Shown here: positions 18,045-27,599 of the stretch, piece by piece | Position numbering within the stretch: the first letter of the stretch is position 1 | How the letters are laid out: each line of letters starts with the position of its first letter | NCBI GenBank assembly: GCA_046758745.1 | Contig: JBHIAV010000005.1 | Coordinates: 1 to 64,000, forward strand | Direction: 5' to 3' | DNA: 64,000 nucleotides | Source: Gemmatimonadota bacterium | Lineage (GTDB): Bacteria; Gemmatimonadota; Gemmatimonadetes; Palauibacterales; Palauibacteraceae | Program-made: the position numbers and the translations under genes | The notes under the pieces: generated by a model | What the model saw: the letters and a program-made list of their open reading frames with translations, nothing else | Databases searched by the model: none | Told to the model about the DNA's origin: nothing

Positions 18045-19449
18045 GCGGGGCCCCCTCCACCTCCTCGCAGGAGACACGGCTGGCGTACACGGGCCCTCTT
18101 CGACCGATGCCGGGAGAGGTGTCAGCGAACGTCTGACCCCATCCGGTGAGGTCCTGCCCATCGAGGCGGAGCCGCGCCGACAGCCCCCGGAATCCATCGC
18201 TCCACCACAAAAACACAGAGTCCGTGGCGAAGGGCAACCATCGGTATCGCTCGACTTCGGAGGTTCGTTGCGAGCTCCGCACCTCGTACATGCCGAAGAA
18301 ATGCAGATCCAAGCGGCTCAGCAGCTCGATGCTCTCCGGGATGTCGATGCCGGTGGCCCATCCGAAGTCCAATCGGTAGCAGCCGAGCGCCGGATTCCCC
18401 TCCGCCGGTGCCGGATCCACCGGGAATCCGGTCATGCGGCGGGAGTCCTCCGGCGCCGGCTCGGTGACCGCACGGGCGCCGGGCGGCACACGGTCGAGCT
18501 CCTCCGCCAAGCGTACCGGGGGCTCGGGGGCAGGTGCCTCCGCAGGCGGCGCGGCCTTGCTCAGCGGAGCGACCGCCTCCGCCGCCTCGTCGCGCCGGGC
18601 CGTCATGTCCCGCTTCGCTTCCGCCGGCGCGATGTCGCCCGCTTTCTCGGCACCCGGCCGGTGGGCCCCGGCTTCGGCCGGAACGATCCGGTCGTTCCCT
18701 TGTCGGTCGCGCTCCTCCTGGCCGGCCGGCCGGTCCTGCACCCGCGCCAACCGGCGAGCGGCCTCGACCCCATCGAAGGCTTTCCCTCTCACGCGCCCGC
18801 CCCCGGCGCCGCCCGCCGCCTCCTGCAACTCACCGGCCGCCGCCTTGTCGGCGTTCGCCCCCGTCTCCCTCCCCGGTATCATCGCCGCGCCGCGCTCGTT
18901 CTCCATACGCCCGGCTGCCCGAAGCGCCGCCTGTTCGTCGAACGGCTCCTCGGCCGGCGGCGCCGTCTCCACGGCGACCGGAGCCTCCACCGGCCCGTAC
19001 ACCATCAGACGGGCGAGCCACCCCGCCCCGAGCGCCAGCACGACGCTCGCCGCCCACGCCAGCTTGAGCGGATCGCGCAGCTGCCTTCGCACTCCCGTCG
19101 GTCGGCCGACGGGGCGGCCGCGAGCCGCGTCCACCGGGGTCGAGCTGCCCGGGGGTCCCGACGGAGCGTCGCCGGAGATGTCTCTTCCGGCTCCCACCTC
19201 CGCCTCGCGGCGCCGCGCCTCGGCCCGCGCGGCCACAGCCTCAAAGGGAGGCGCCTCGACGGCTCCGGGCACGGCCTCCGCCAGCAGCTCGTGCGCCCGC
19301 CCTCGCAGGCGCCGTGCCTCCTCGAGGCGCGCCCGGCAGTCCGGGCACACGGCCAGGTGACGCTCCACGGCCTCTCCGTCCGGCGCTCCCACCGCCTCCG
19401 GCGCGCCATCCAGCCACGCGTGCAGCTGTCCCTCATCCAGGTGCGGCAT
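18031..19449 (-). CDS. Zinc-finger (zf-HC2) transmembrane anti-sigma factor
   Basis: MPHLDEGQLHAWLDG...HLAVCPDC; single TM helix (LAWAASVVLALGAGW); overlaps the ECF sigma gene. Confidence 0.85.
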   Translation of the reverse strand: MPHLDEGQLHAWLDGAPEAVGAPDGEAVERHLAVCPDCRARLEEARRLRGRAHELLAEAVPGAVEAPPFEAVAARAEARRREAEVGAGRDISGDAPSGPPGSSTPVDAARGRPVGRPTGVRRQLRDPLKLAWAASVVLALGAGWLARLMVYGPVEAPVAVETAPPAEEPFDEQAALRAAGRMENERGAAMIPGRETGANADKAAAGELQEAAGGAGGGRVRGKAFDGVEAARRLARVQDRPAGQEERDRQGNDRIVPAEAGAHRPGAEKAGDIAPAEAKRDMTARRDEAAEAVAPLSKAAPPAEAPAPEPPVRLAEELDRVPPGARAVTEPAPEDSRRMTGFPVDPAPAEGNPALGCYRLDFGWATGIDIPESIELLSRLDLHFFGMYEVRSSQRTSEVERYRWLPFATDSVFLWWSDGFRGLSARLRLDGQDLTGWGQTFADTSPGIGRRGPVYASRVSCEEVEGAPPIGR

Positions 19450-19939
19450 CCCGTTCCTCCAGCTCCTCGTAAGACTCGACCAACCGGCGACGCGCCCGGG
19501 CCAGCGTCGTGCCGATGGCACCCTTCGCGAGGCCCGTCTGCGCCGCGATCTCCGCGTAGCTCAAGCCCGCGTCCCACAGGAGGAGGATGTCGCGGTCTCG
19601 ATCGACGAGCCTCTCCAGCGCCCGGCGGACCGAGTGCCTTCTCTCCCTCCGCTCGAGCTCCGAGGCCGCGTCCGGGCCGGTCGCCCAGCTCTCCTGTTCG
19701 CTCACCAGAAGGGTCAGATGTCGCTTGCGCCGGATCGCCGCTCGTGCCTCGTCACGGGCCAGGTTCCCCGCCACGGTGAAGAGCCACGAACGCGGGTTCT
19801 CCGGTGCGTGCTCGAGAGCGCGCACGAATGCCTCCTGCGCCAGATCCTGCGCCCGCTCCCCGTCCCACACCTTCCGGTAGAGGAAGCGGACCAGGTCCTC
19901 GTACGTGGCGGCGTATACGGCCGCCCAGTCGACGCTCAC
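19433..19939 (-). CDS. ECF sigma-70 factor
   Basis: AQDLAQEAFVRA and SWLFTVAGNLARD (region 2); GLSYAEIAAQTG...GTTLARARRRL (region 4). Confidence 0.9.
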   Translation of the reverse strand: MSVDWAAVYAATYEDLVRFLYRKVWDGERAQDLAQEAFVRALEHAPENPRSWLFTVAGNLARDEARAAIRRKRHLTLLVSEQESWATGPDAASELERRERRHSVRRALERLVDRDRDILLLWDAGLSYAEIAAQTGLAKGAIGTTLARARRRLVESYEELEERDAAPG

Positions 19940-20371
19940 GGATCCATCCTTCCCTGAGCTCGCGGAGGGAGAGAGACGGATCCCGGCTTGCCCTGAGCCT
20001 CGCCGAACCTCTCCTTCGCGCTCGTGCGCCCGTCTTTCGAGGTGAAAGATGCGGCCGGCCGCCGTCCGAGTCATCCCGTCACCGGCCGGGCCTTCTCCAG
20101 CCCGAGCGACGGAGCCCGCTGCTCCTCCTCCCGTTCATCGTTTCCCCTCCGTTCGGTGTTCACAGAGAGGGACGCCGAAAGCCCTCGCGTTTGCACACGA
20201 CCGGACGTCGGGATCCGGATCCGGACGGAGGGTAGGACGGCGGGCCCGACAGAATGCCGTGCTGACTTCGGCGCAGCCGCCGGGGCGCGGTGCGACGGCA
20301 GCCCATCGCGGTCCGGTGCGACGCAGGGCGCGAGCAGCTCAGAGACTCGACCCGTTCAAAAGGAGGCACCC

Positions 20372-21169
20372 GTGGCCCAGGTCAAGACCGCCGGCGACTT
20401 CGTCTGGTTCGATCTCCTGACGACCGACCCGGAAGCGGCGAGGGACTTCTACACCCAGGTCATCGGGTGGGGAACCCAGCTGTGGGACGGCATTCCCGGT
20501 CAACCGTACACCATGTGGACGGCCGGCGAGACGCCGCTTGGCGGCATCCACCCGCTGCCGAAGGAGGCGACGGCCGCCGGGGCGCCCCCGCACTGGCTCG
20601 CCTACATCTCCACCCCGGACGTGGACGCCACGGTGGCCCAAGCGACCGAGCTTGGAGCCGAGCTGAAGGTGCCGCCGACGGACATCCCGACGGTCGGCCG
20701 CTTCGCCGTCCTGGCGGACCCGCAGGGCGCCGTGTTCGCGGTGTTCACCCCCTCGGGAGACTCCCCGGGCCGCGAGGGACCCCCGAAGATCGGCGAGTTC
20801 TCGTGGCACGAGCTCGCCACCACGGACCACGAGGCGGCGCTCGGCTTCTACTCTGCGCTGTTCGGCTGGGAGAAGACGGATGCGATGGAGATGGGTGAGG
20901 TGGGAATCTACCAGATGTACGGGCGCGGAGGCGACGCCCCGCTCGGCGGAATGTTCAACAAGACGGCGGACATGCCCGGCCCGCCGTGCTGGCTATACTA
21001 CGCTATGGTGGAGGATGTCGCCCGGGTGGCCGAGAAGGTGAAGGAGCTGGGCGGTCAGGTCCTAAACGGGCCGATGGAGGTGCCCGGGGGAGACTTCATC
21101 GCACAGTGCATGGACCCGCAGGGCGCGGTGTTCGCCATCCACTCGAAGGCGCCGGCCGGCGGGAGCTGA
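20372..21169 (+). CDS. VOC/glyoxalase family protein (two domains)
   Basis: AAGGAGG RBS before GTG; duplicated FVWFDLLTTD/FSWHELATTD and DPQGAVFA motifs. Confidence 0.9.
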   Translation: MAQVKTAGDFVWFDLLTTDPEAARDFYTQVIGWGTQLWDGIPGQPYTMWTAGETPLGGIHPLPKEATAAGAPPHWLAYISTPDVDATVAQATELGAELKVPPTDIPTVGRFAVLADPQGAVFAVFTPSGDSPGREGPPKIGEFSWHELATTDHEAALGFYSALFGWEKTDAMEMGEVGIYQMYGRGGDAPLGGMFNKTADMPGPPCWLYYAMVEDVARVAEKVKELGGQVLNGPMEVPGGDFIAQCMDPQGAVFAIHSKAPAGGS

Positions 21170-21208
21170 TCCCGCCCGCGCCGCCCGGGGCGCTGCCGGC
21201 TCGCTCCC

Positions 21209-21931
21209 CTACAGCTCGGCTCGCAGCGCCCTCGCCGCCCGGGCCCGATGGCTCAGGCGGGCCTTCACCTCCGGCGGGAGCTCGCCGAACGTCTTGCCGT
21301 ACTCCGGCACGACGAACAGCGGGTCGTAGCCGAACCCGCCCTCGCCGCGCGGCTCCTCGGCGATCCGGCCGTGCACGACGCCCTCGGCCACCGCGGTCCG
21401 TGAGCCATCCACCAGGACGAGCGCGCACCGATAGTGCGCCGCCCGGCGATCCGCCGGCACGCCCTCGAGCCTTTCCAGCAGGTACGCGTTGTTGGCCGCG
21501 TCCCGTCCCAAACGCTCGGACCACTCGTCGGGGGCGAAGCGACGGGACCGGACGCCGGGCGCGCCGCGGAGCGCAGCCACGCACAGACCCGAGTCGTCGG
21601 CGAGGGTAGGCAGACCCGTGCGAGCGTGAAAATGCCGGGCCTTGGCGCGGGCGTTCTCCGCGAAGCTGTCGAACACCTCGATCGATGCTTCCTCGGCCCC
21701 GGGCCGAACGCCGATGTCGGTGAGAGAGACGAGCGCGAGCCCCTTGCCGCCGAGGAGGCCGCGAAGCTCGTTCAGCTTGTCGGCGCTTCGCGTGGCGACG
21801 AGAATCCTTCGACCGCGCGGCGGCCGCTTCTCCTCGGGGCTCCTGGGTTCGGCACGTCGGCCCCCGCGCCTGGACGCCTCCGGTGTCTCCGCTTCGCCCT
21901 TCAGATCACTCCTCGGCCCACAGGACCTCAT
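21209..21931 (-). CDS. rdgB: Non-canonical purine NTP pyrophosphatase (RdgB/HAM1)
   Basis: ATRSADK, ENARAKA, ADDSGL, GFGYDPLF and SHRARA motifs; true start uncertain. Confidence 0.9.
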   Translation of the reverse strand: MRSCGPRSDLKGEAETPEASRRGGRRAEPRSPEEKRPPRGRRILVATRSADKLNELRGLLGGKGLALVSLTDIGVRPGAEEASIEVFDSFAENARAKARHFHARTGLPTLADDSGLCVAALRGAPGVRSRRFAPDEWSERLGRDAANNAYLLERLEGVPADRRAAHYRCALVLVDGSRTAVAEGVVHGRIAEEPRGEGGFGYDPLFVVPEYGKTFGELPPEVKARLSHRARAARALRAEL

Positions 21932-22868
21932 CCTTCAGCTTCTCTCGCAGGCCGGGGTGCACGTTCCACATGTACACCCCCACGGTGAACGCGGCGATGA
22001 CGTTGCCGAGGAGGACCGACCACCAGGCGAGCTGCTCGAGGATCCAGTTGCCGAGCATCACGACCATCGCGATGAAGAACGTCTGCACCACCACGAACAT
22101 GAGGAGGAGGAGAAAGAGGATGGGCGGCGTACGCTCCGCCTGGGTGACGAGACCGGAGACGATCACGCCGAACACGAGGAACGCCGCGAGGTGGATCAGC
22201 GTGTATCCCAGTATGGTGGCCGCGGCGAAGTCGACGTTCCGGGCGGCGTCGGTACCGTGGAAGATCGCGGAGCCGAGCGCGGCCGGAGTGAAGAGGGGCC
22301 GTCCGGCCACAGAGTCCACGATGAGGAACCACACCGCCACGACGAACGCTCCGAGGAGTCCCGCCACGATCCCCTCCCGCAGGGTCCGGTGGGCCATGAG
22401 CTGCGCCCACACACCCGTCACCCCCGGCTCGGGGCTCGTCCAGTGCAGGTAGCCGACGATGACGAGGCCGGCGAGGACGTTCCCGAAAAAGACGGCCGGC
22501 CAGGCGGGGGCGGCCAGGATGTCCGTTCCGGACAGCACCAGCGAAGGGTAGAAGACGAGCGAGCAGGCGAAGAGGCCGTAGGCCGCTCCGAGCAGGAGAT
22601 TCTTCGGGAGCCGCGTCACCTCGAACAGGAGGGAGGCCCCTATCCCCAGGATGAGGAAGGCGACGTAGTGGGCGGCCGTGTACAGGGCGATCCGCAGCGA
22701 CCCGCCCTCCACCCCCATCTGCCCCAGCAGGGCGCCTGAGAGGAAGGTGGGCGTGTGAAGCGGCTGCCCACGCGCCAGGTCGAGGAAGAGGAAGACGATG
22801 ATGAGGACGGTCCCACCCAGCAGTCCCGCCATCACACCGTCCCACAGCGCCTTCCTGCTCAGCGTCAC
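21906..22868 (-). CDS. Polytopic membrane protein with an internal duplication, unknown function
   Basis: GTGA overlap with cyoE; two homologous halves (GVMAGLLGG...GQPLHTP / GIVAGLLGA...GRPLFTP; YTAAH / YTLIH). Confidence 0.8.
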   Translation of the reverse strand: MTLSRKALWDGVMAGLLGGTVLIIVFLFLDLARGQPLHTPTFLSGALLGQMGVEGGSLRIALYTAAHYVAFLILGIGASLLFEVTRLPKNLLLGAAYGLFACSLVFYPSLVLSGTDILAAPAWPAVFFGNVLAGLVIVGYLHWTSPEPGVTGVWAQLMAHRTLREGIVAGLLGAFVVAVWFLIVDSVAGRPLFTPAALGSAIFHGTDAARNVDFAAATILGYTLIHLAAFLVFGVIVSGLVTQAERTPPILFLLLLMFVVVQTFFIAMVVMLGNWILEQLAWWSVLLGNVIAAFTVGVYMWNVHPGLREKLKDEVLWAEE

Positions 22869-24037
22869 GGAGCATCCTCGCGAGCCCTCAGGGCTCGACC
22901 GGTCTCCCCGACGGCCTCCTCCAGAAGCCGCTCGACCTCCTCCCGCATGGCGCGCCGATACGTGTGCACCAGCCCGCCCCCGATCACCACGAGCAGGAAG
23001 GCGGGCGCCGCCATCAGCAGCACCATCCCCCAGAAGAAGCCCTGGCTCAGCTCCGGGCTCGACCCCTGGATGCATCCGGGGCATGCGAGCAGCTCTCCCG
23101 CCCCGGCCACGGATGCGGCCACGGCGGAACCCGCGCCCGGATCGAAGGTGAGAAGGAGGAGGAGTGCCGGAAGGTACACGAGCGACGCACGGAAGAGGCC
23201 ACGTGCGCGCCGCACATCGGCCTGGAGCGCGAAACGGAGGGCGCTCGTCAGGTATGCCGTTCCCAGCGCCACCGCTCCGAGGGCGTACACCGCCCCGCCG
23301 AGCCCCAGCACGGCCGGGATGAGGCTCACCGGAAGGAGGGCGAGCGAGTAGCTCACCGCCTGCCTTCCCGTGCGGGCTCCGCACGGGTCCGCCACGCTCA
23401 GCGTGCGCAGCCCCGCCCGCCTGTAGTCCTCCCGATACAGCCACCCGAGCGCGAGGAAGTGCGGGAGCTGCCACAGGAAGAGGATGGCGAACAGAGTGAT
23501 GGCGCCGGGGCCGAGCTCCCCGGTCGCCGCGCTCCATCCGCCGACGGCGGGGAGCGCGCCCGGGACCGCCCCGACCAGGATGGCCAGCGAGCCGACCCGC
23601 TTGAGCGGCGTGTACGCGAAGTCGTACACGATCAGGGCCAGGGCCCCCAGCGCGGCGGTGAGCAGGTTCACGGCCACGGCGAGGTACAGGACCCCTCCGG
23701 CCGCAAGAGCGAGGGAGAAGGCCATCGCCACGGCCGGCGACAGCCTTCCGTCGGGAAGCGGCCGGCGCCGGGTGCGGGCCATCCGCGCGTCCACGTCGCG
23801 CTCCAGCACCTGGTTCAGGGCGCTCGTGCCGCCACACACGAGCGCGATGCCGATGAGCGCCTCCAGGAGACCCGGCGCGCCAGCTGTGGAGCGAGCTCCC
23901 AGGAGATACCCGGCCGCGCTGGTCACCAGCACCATCAGGGTGATGCGCGGCTTCGTAAGGGAAAGGAGGTCGGCCGCCACGGACGTCCAGCCGGCCCGGC
24001 GGGAAGCCGCCGCCAGGGCCCCCGCCTCAGCGCTCAT
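22865..24037 (-). CDS. cyoE: Heme O synthase (protoheme IX farnesyltransferase) with a C-terminal CxxC-TM extension
   Basis: LTKPRI, NQVLERDVDARMARTRRRPLP, YTPLKR and WQLPHFLAL motifs. Confidence 0.93.
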   Translation of the reverse strand: MSAEAGALAAASRRAGWTSVAADLLSLTKPRITLMVLVTSAAGYLLGARSTAGAPGLLEALIGIALVCGGTSALNQVLERDVDARMARTRRRPLPDGRLSPAVAMAFSLALAAGGVLYLAVAVNLLTAALGALALIVYDFAYTPLKRVGSLAILVGAVPGALPAVGGWSAATGELGPGAITLFAILFLWQLPHFLALGWLYREDYRRAGLRTLSVADPCGARTGRQAVSYSLALLPVSLIPAVLGLGGAVYALGAVALGTAYLTSALRFALQADVRRARGLFRASLVYLPALLLLLTFDPGAGSAVAASVAGAGELLACPGCIQGSSPELSQGFFWGMVLLMAAPAFLLVVIGGGLVHTYRRAMREEVERLLEEAVGETGRALRAREDAP

Positions 24038-24105
24038 CCGGTGGCCCCCGCGTCGACCCTACCGCGTTCACGTCGCTGCGCCTCACGTCGGAGTCCCGTC
24101 CTGTT

Positions 24106-24375
24106 TCAGTATTCCATCAGCACCAGGACGACGAGGATCGCCGCCGGCAGGAGGGGGGCGGCGGCCACGACCGAGACCAGCCTCGGCTCGAAGCGGAGGT
24201 GCATGAAGTACAGAGCCACGAGGAGCGCCTTCCAGATCGCCAGTCCGAGCAGCCCCAGGATCGTCACGGCGCGGGGGAGCCCCATGAAGGCGACCCCGAG
24301 CTCGACTACCGTGAGGAGGGCCAGCCCGCCGAACACCGCCAGATAAGGAGGCTGTCTCTTTCGTGCCTCTTCCAT
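24106..24375 (-). CDS. Cytochrome c oxidase subunit IV (prokaryotic)
   Basis: 3 TM helices; LTVVEL and KALLVALYFMHLRFE motifs. Confidence 0.9.
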   Translation of the reverse strand: MEEARKRQPPYLAVFGGLALLTVVELGVAFMGLPRAVTILGLLGLAIWKALLVALYFMHLRFEPRLVSVVAAAPLLPAAILVVLVLMEY

Positions 24376-24385
24376 GCCGGACTCC

Positions 24386-25045
24386 TCAGATCAGGTATAC
24401 GACGGTGAAAAGGATAATCCACACCAGGTCCACGAAGTGCCAGTACAGCCCGATGATCTCGACGCCCTGGTGGTCCTCGCGCGTGTAGCCTCCCCGGAAC
24501 GCTCTCACCGTCACCCAGATCATCGAGATGACGCCGCAGGTTACGTGGAAGCCGTGGAAACCGGTCATCGTGTAGAAGGTGGCCCCGTACAGCGCCCCCG
24601 AGGCCGCCGGGAGCGCGCCGTGCGCCACCTCCTCCGCCAGCGCGCTCCCCGGTGCGTAGCCGCTCGGAAGGAAGCCGTGCTGGGCGAGGTGAATGTACTC
24701 GTACACCTGCACCCCGATGAACGTCGAGCCGATGAGGACGGTCGCGATGAGGAACGTCTTCAGGCCGCGGAGATCGCCGGTCTCGATCGCGGCGAACGCC
24801 TTCACCATCGTCACCGAGCTGCAGATGAGGATGAAGGTGTTGATGGCGGTGACGGGAACGTTGAGGACCACGCCCGGGGCCGGCCACTCCCCGGCCGCCC
24901 CGAAGCGCAGGATGATGTAGGACCCGATCAGCCCGGTGAAGAACATCACCTCCGAGCAGAGGAAGATCCACATCCCCACCTTTTTGTCATAGATGCCGAG
25001 CCCGCGCTCCCGGGGATGCTCGAGCGCCACCGCGTGCGTGCTCAT
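24386..25045 (-). CDS. ctaE: Heme-copper oxidase subunit III
   Basis: GMWIFLCSEVMFF, TGFHGFHV and GLYWHFVDLVW motifs. Confidence 0.93.
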   Translation of the reverse strand: MSTHAVALEHPRERGLGIYDKKVGMWIFLCSEVMFFTGLIGSYIILRFGAAGEWPAPGVVLNVPVTAINTFILICSSVTMVKAFAAIETGDLRGLKTFLIATVLIGSTFIGVQVYEYIHLAQHGFLPSGYAPGSALAEEVAHGALPAASGALYGATFYTMTGFHGFHVTCGVISMIWVTVRAFRGGYTREDHQGVEIIGLYWHFVDLVWIILFTVVYLI

Positions 25046-26811
25046 GCGGGCGCTCCCTTCGCGTGCGCGGGGGACACGATGTCCGGCCGCTCGTTCTGCG
25101 CCAGCCAGTCACGCTCCATGTCCGGATGGCTGTACTCGTACGGGCCGTGGTACACGACGGGGATCTCCTTCCAGTTCAGGTGCTTCGGCGGCGACGGGGT
25201 CTGCCACTCCAGGGTGGTCGCGTTCCACGGGTTCGCCGGCGCCCTCTCCTTGCGGAAGAGCCCGTATAGGAAGTTCCCGGCGAAGAGGAGGCCGGAGAGG
25301 AAGAGTCCGAGCGCGCTCACCGTGACCAGGATGTTCGTGTCCTCCAGGCCGGCCAGGTGCTGGTACTGGGTGGGGTCGTACAGCCGCCGCATCATCCCTT
25401 TCATGCCGAGCCCGTGCATCGGGAAGAAGGTCAGGTTGAAGAAGAGGAAGGTGAGGACGAAGTGGATCTTCCCCACCGTCTCGCTCATCATCTTCCCGAA
25501 CATCTTCGGGAACCAGTAGTAGAACGCCCCGAACAGGGCGAACAGGCTCCCGCCGAAGAGCACGTAGTGGATGTGAGCCACGATGAAATAGGTATCGTGG
25601 ATGTAGATGTCCACCGGCGTGGCCGCCATGTACACCCCGCTCAGCCCTCCGATCACGAACATCATCACGAACCCGATGCCGAAGAGGCTCGGGGAGGTGA
25701 GCTGGATGTCTCCCCGCCACAGGGTACCCATCCAGTTGAACGTCTTGATGGCGGAGGGGACGGCGATCACCATGGTCGAGACCATGAAGCTCATGCCGAG
25801 CGTCGGGTTCATCCCGCTCTGGAACATGTGGTGTCCCCACACGATGAACCCGAGGAAGGCGATCCCGATGATCGCGAACACCATGCTGTGATAGCCGAAG
25901 ATCGGCTTGCGCGAACCGTTGGCGATCAGCTCGGAGGTGAATCCCATCGCCGGCAGGATGAGGATGTACACCTCCGGGTGGCCGAAGAACCAGAAGAGGT
26001 GCTGCCACAGGAGCGGCTGTCCGCCCTCCGCCGGAAGGAAGAAGTGCGTGCCGATCGTCTGGTCGAACAGCAGCATGATCACCGCCGCCGCCAGGACCGG
26101 CATGGCCAGCAGCACCAGGATGGCCGTGATGAAGAGGGCCCATATCGACAGCGGTAGGCGGAACCAGGTCATGCCCGGCGCCCGCAGGTTGACGACCGTC
26201 GTGATGTAGTTCACCGCCCCGAGGAGCGAGCTCAGCCCGAGAACCAGGAGGCTGACGATCCACAGCTGCTGGCCGTACGACACCCCGCTCGCCTCCGGCA
26301 TGGCGCTCAGCGGCGCGTACGACGTCCACCCTGCGCCGGCGGCTCCTCCCTCCACCGCGAAGCTCGCCAGCATGATGATGCCCGCCGGGACGGCCACCCA
26401 GAAGGACATCATGTTGAGTCGCGGGAAGGCCATGTCCCGCGCCCCGATCTGGAGAGGGATGAGGTAGTTGGCGAACACGCCGACGAGCAGCGGCATGATG
26501 GCGAAGAACACCATGATCGTGCCGTGCATCGTGACGAGCGAGTTGTAGAACTCGGGGAGCACGAACCCCTGGTTGGCCATCGCCTCCGGCAGCAGGCGTC
26601 CGAGCGGCAACGGCCGGTCCGGCCAGGCGAGCTGGAAGCGCATCATCATCGCGAGCAGCCCGCCGACCAGTAGGAAGAAGAGGCTCATGAAGAGGAACTG
26701 TATCCCGATGATCTTGTGATCGGTCGAGAAGATGTACCTCCGGATGAACGGGAGCGGATGCTCCTCTTCGAGGATCGCCTGCCCCGTCGCCTCCGCTACG
26801 ATAGTCGCCAT
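25042..26811 (-). CDS. ctaD: Cytochrome c oxidase subunit I, type A1
   Basis: TMHGTIM, DMAFPRLN (D channel), WFFGHPEVY (A1), WGHHMF, K-channel Lys (AIKTFNW), HDTYFIVAHIHYV, MRR. Confidence 0.97.
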   Translation of the reverse strand: MATIVAEATGQAILEEEHPLPFIRRYIFSTDHKIIGIQFLFMSLFFLLVGGLLAMMMRFQLAWPDRPLPLGRLLPEAMANQGFVLPEFYNSLVTMHGTIMVFFAIMPLLVGVFANYLIPLQIGARDMAFPRLNMMSFWVAVPAGIIMLASFAVEGGAAGAGWTSYAPLSAMPEASGVSYGQQLWIVSLLVLGLSSLLGAVNYITTVVNLRAPGMTWFRLPLSIWALFITAILVLLAMPVLAAAVIMLLFDQTIGTHFFLPAEGGQPLLWQHLFWFFGHPEVYILILPAMGFTSELIANGSRKPIFGYHSMVFAIIGIAFLGFIVWGHHMFQSGMNPTLGMSFMVSTMVIAVPSAIKTFNWMGTLWRGDIQLTSPSLFGIGFVMMFVIGGLSGVYMAATPVDIYIHDTYFIVAHIHYVLFGGSLFALFGAFYYWFPKMFGKMMSETVGKIHFVLTFLFFNLTFFPMHGLGMKGMMRRLYDPTQYQHLAGLEDTNILVTVSALGLFLSGLLFAGNFLYGLFRKERAPANPWNATTLEWQTPSPPKHLNWKEIPVVYHGPYEYSHPDMERDWLAQNERPDIVSPAHAKGAPA

Positions 26812-26833
26812 GCGATCGTACCTCTCTCCGTTG

Positions 26834-27514
26834 TCACTCCGCGGCGGCTGCCACGGCCTCGCTTCTCTCCCGGTACCACGCCTCGTAGGAGGCGGCGTCG
26901 TGGACCTTCACGGAGGCCCGCATCCTGTAATGACCCGGCCCGCACAGCTCGGCACAGCCGATCTGGAAGTCCCCCGTCTCGGTGGCCTGGAACCAGATCG
27001 GGATGGTCATGCCCGGGACGGCGTCCTGCTTCACCCGTAGCACCGGGATGAAGAAGGAGTGGATCACGTCCTCGGAGGTCAGTCGGACGATGATCGGTTC
27101 GCCCACCGGGATGTGGAACTGATTGCGGATCGTGAAGTCGTCTTCGTTGCCGGGGATCCGGTCCGTTCCGGGGTAGGTGACGTTCCACTCGAACTGCTTG
27201 GCCGTCACGCTCAGGGTGAGGGCGTCCTCCGGAAACGAGTCGGGGCCGCGGATGTCCGCCCAGATGCGTCCGCTGTAGATGCCGAGGAGGACCACGGTGA
27301 CCGCGGTCACCGATGTCCACGTCACCTCGGCCCGCACATCGCCGTGCGTGTACCGCGCGCGGTGCCCCTCGCGCCGCCGGTATCTGAAGACGAACCACAG
27401 GACGCCCGTTTCGACGATCACGAAGGCGATGCCGGTGACCCAGGCGATGATCCAGAAGAGCCGGTCGATGTCGACGCCCTGCGTCGAGGCGTTGATCGGT
27501 AGCGACCAGTCCAT
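26834..27514 (-). CDS. ctaC: Cytochrome c oxidase subunit II (CuA, no fused cytochrome c)
   Basis: 2 TM helices; QFEW, DVIHSF and CAELCGPGHYRM CuA motif; ATG at 27514 after GGAGAGG. Confidence 0.95.
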   Translation of the reverse strand: MDWSLPINASTQGVDIDRLFWIIAWVTGIAFVIVETGVLWFVFRYRRREGHRARYTHGDVRAEVTWTSVTAVTVVLLGIYSGRIWADIRGPDSFPEDALTLSVTAKQFEWNVTYPGTDRIPGNEDDFTIRNQFHIPVGEPIIVRLTSEDVIHSFFIPVLRVKQDAVPGMTIPIWFQATETGDFQIGCAELCGPGHYRMRASVKVHDAASYEAWYRERSEAVAAAAE

Positions 27515-27599
27515 GCCCTCTCCCCTTTTCAGTCGCGATCGAGGCGGGGCGCCGCGCGTCGGACGAAAGCCCGAGATGCGCGGCGTCCCCGGCCGAAGC

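Noticed and set aside
24034-24108. Possible UGA readthrough of COX IV to a second TGA overlapping the cyoE ATG
   Set aside because: The subunit IV domain is already complete, the extension has weak codon bias, and the frame match has a 1-in-3 chance
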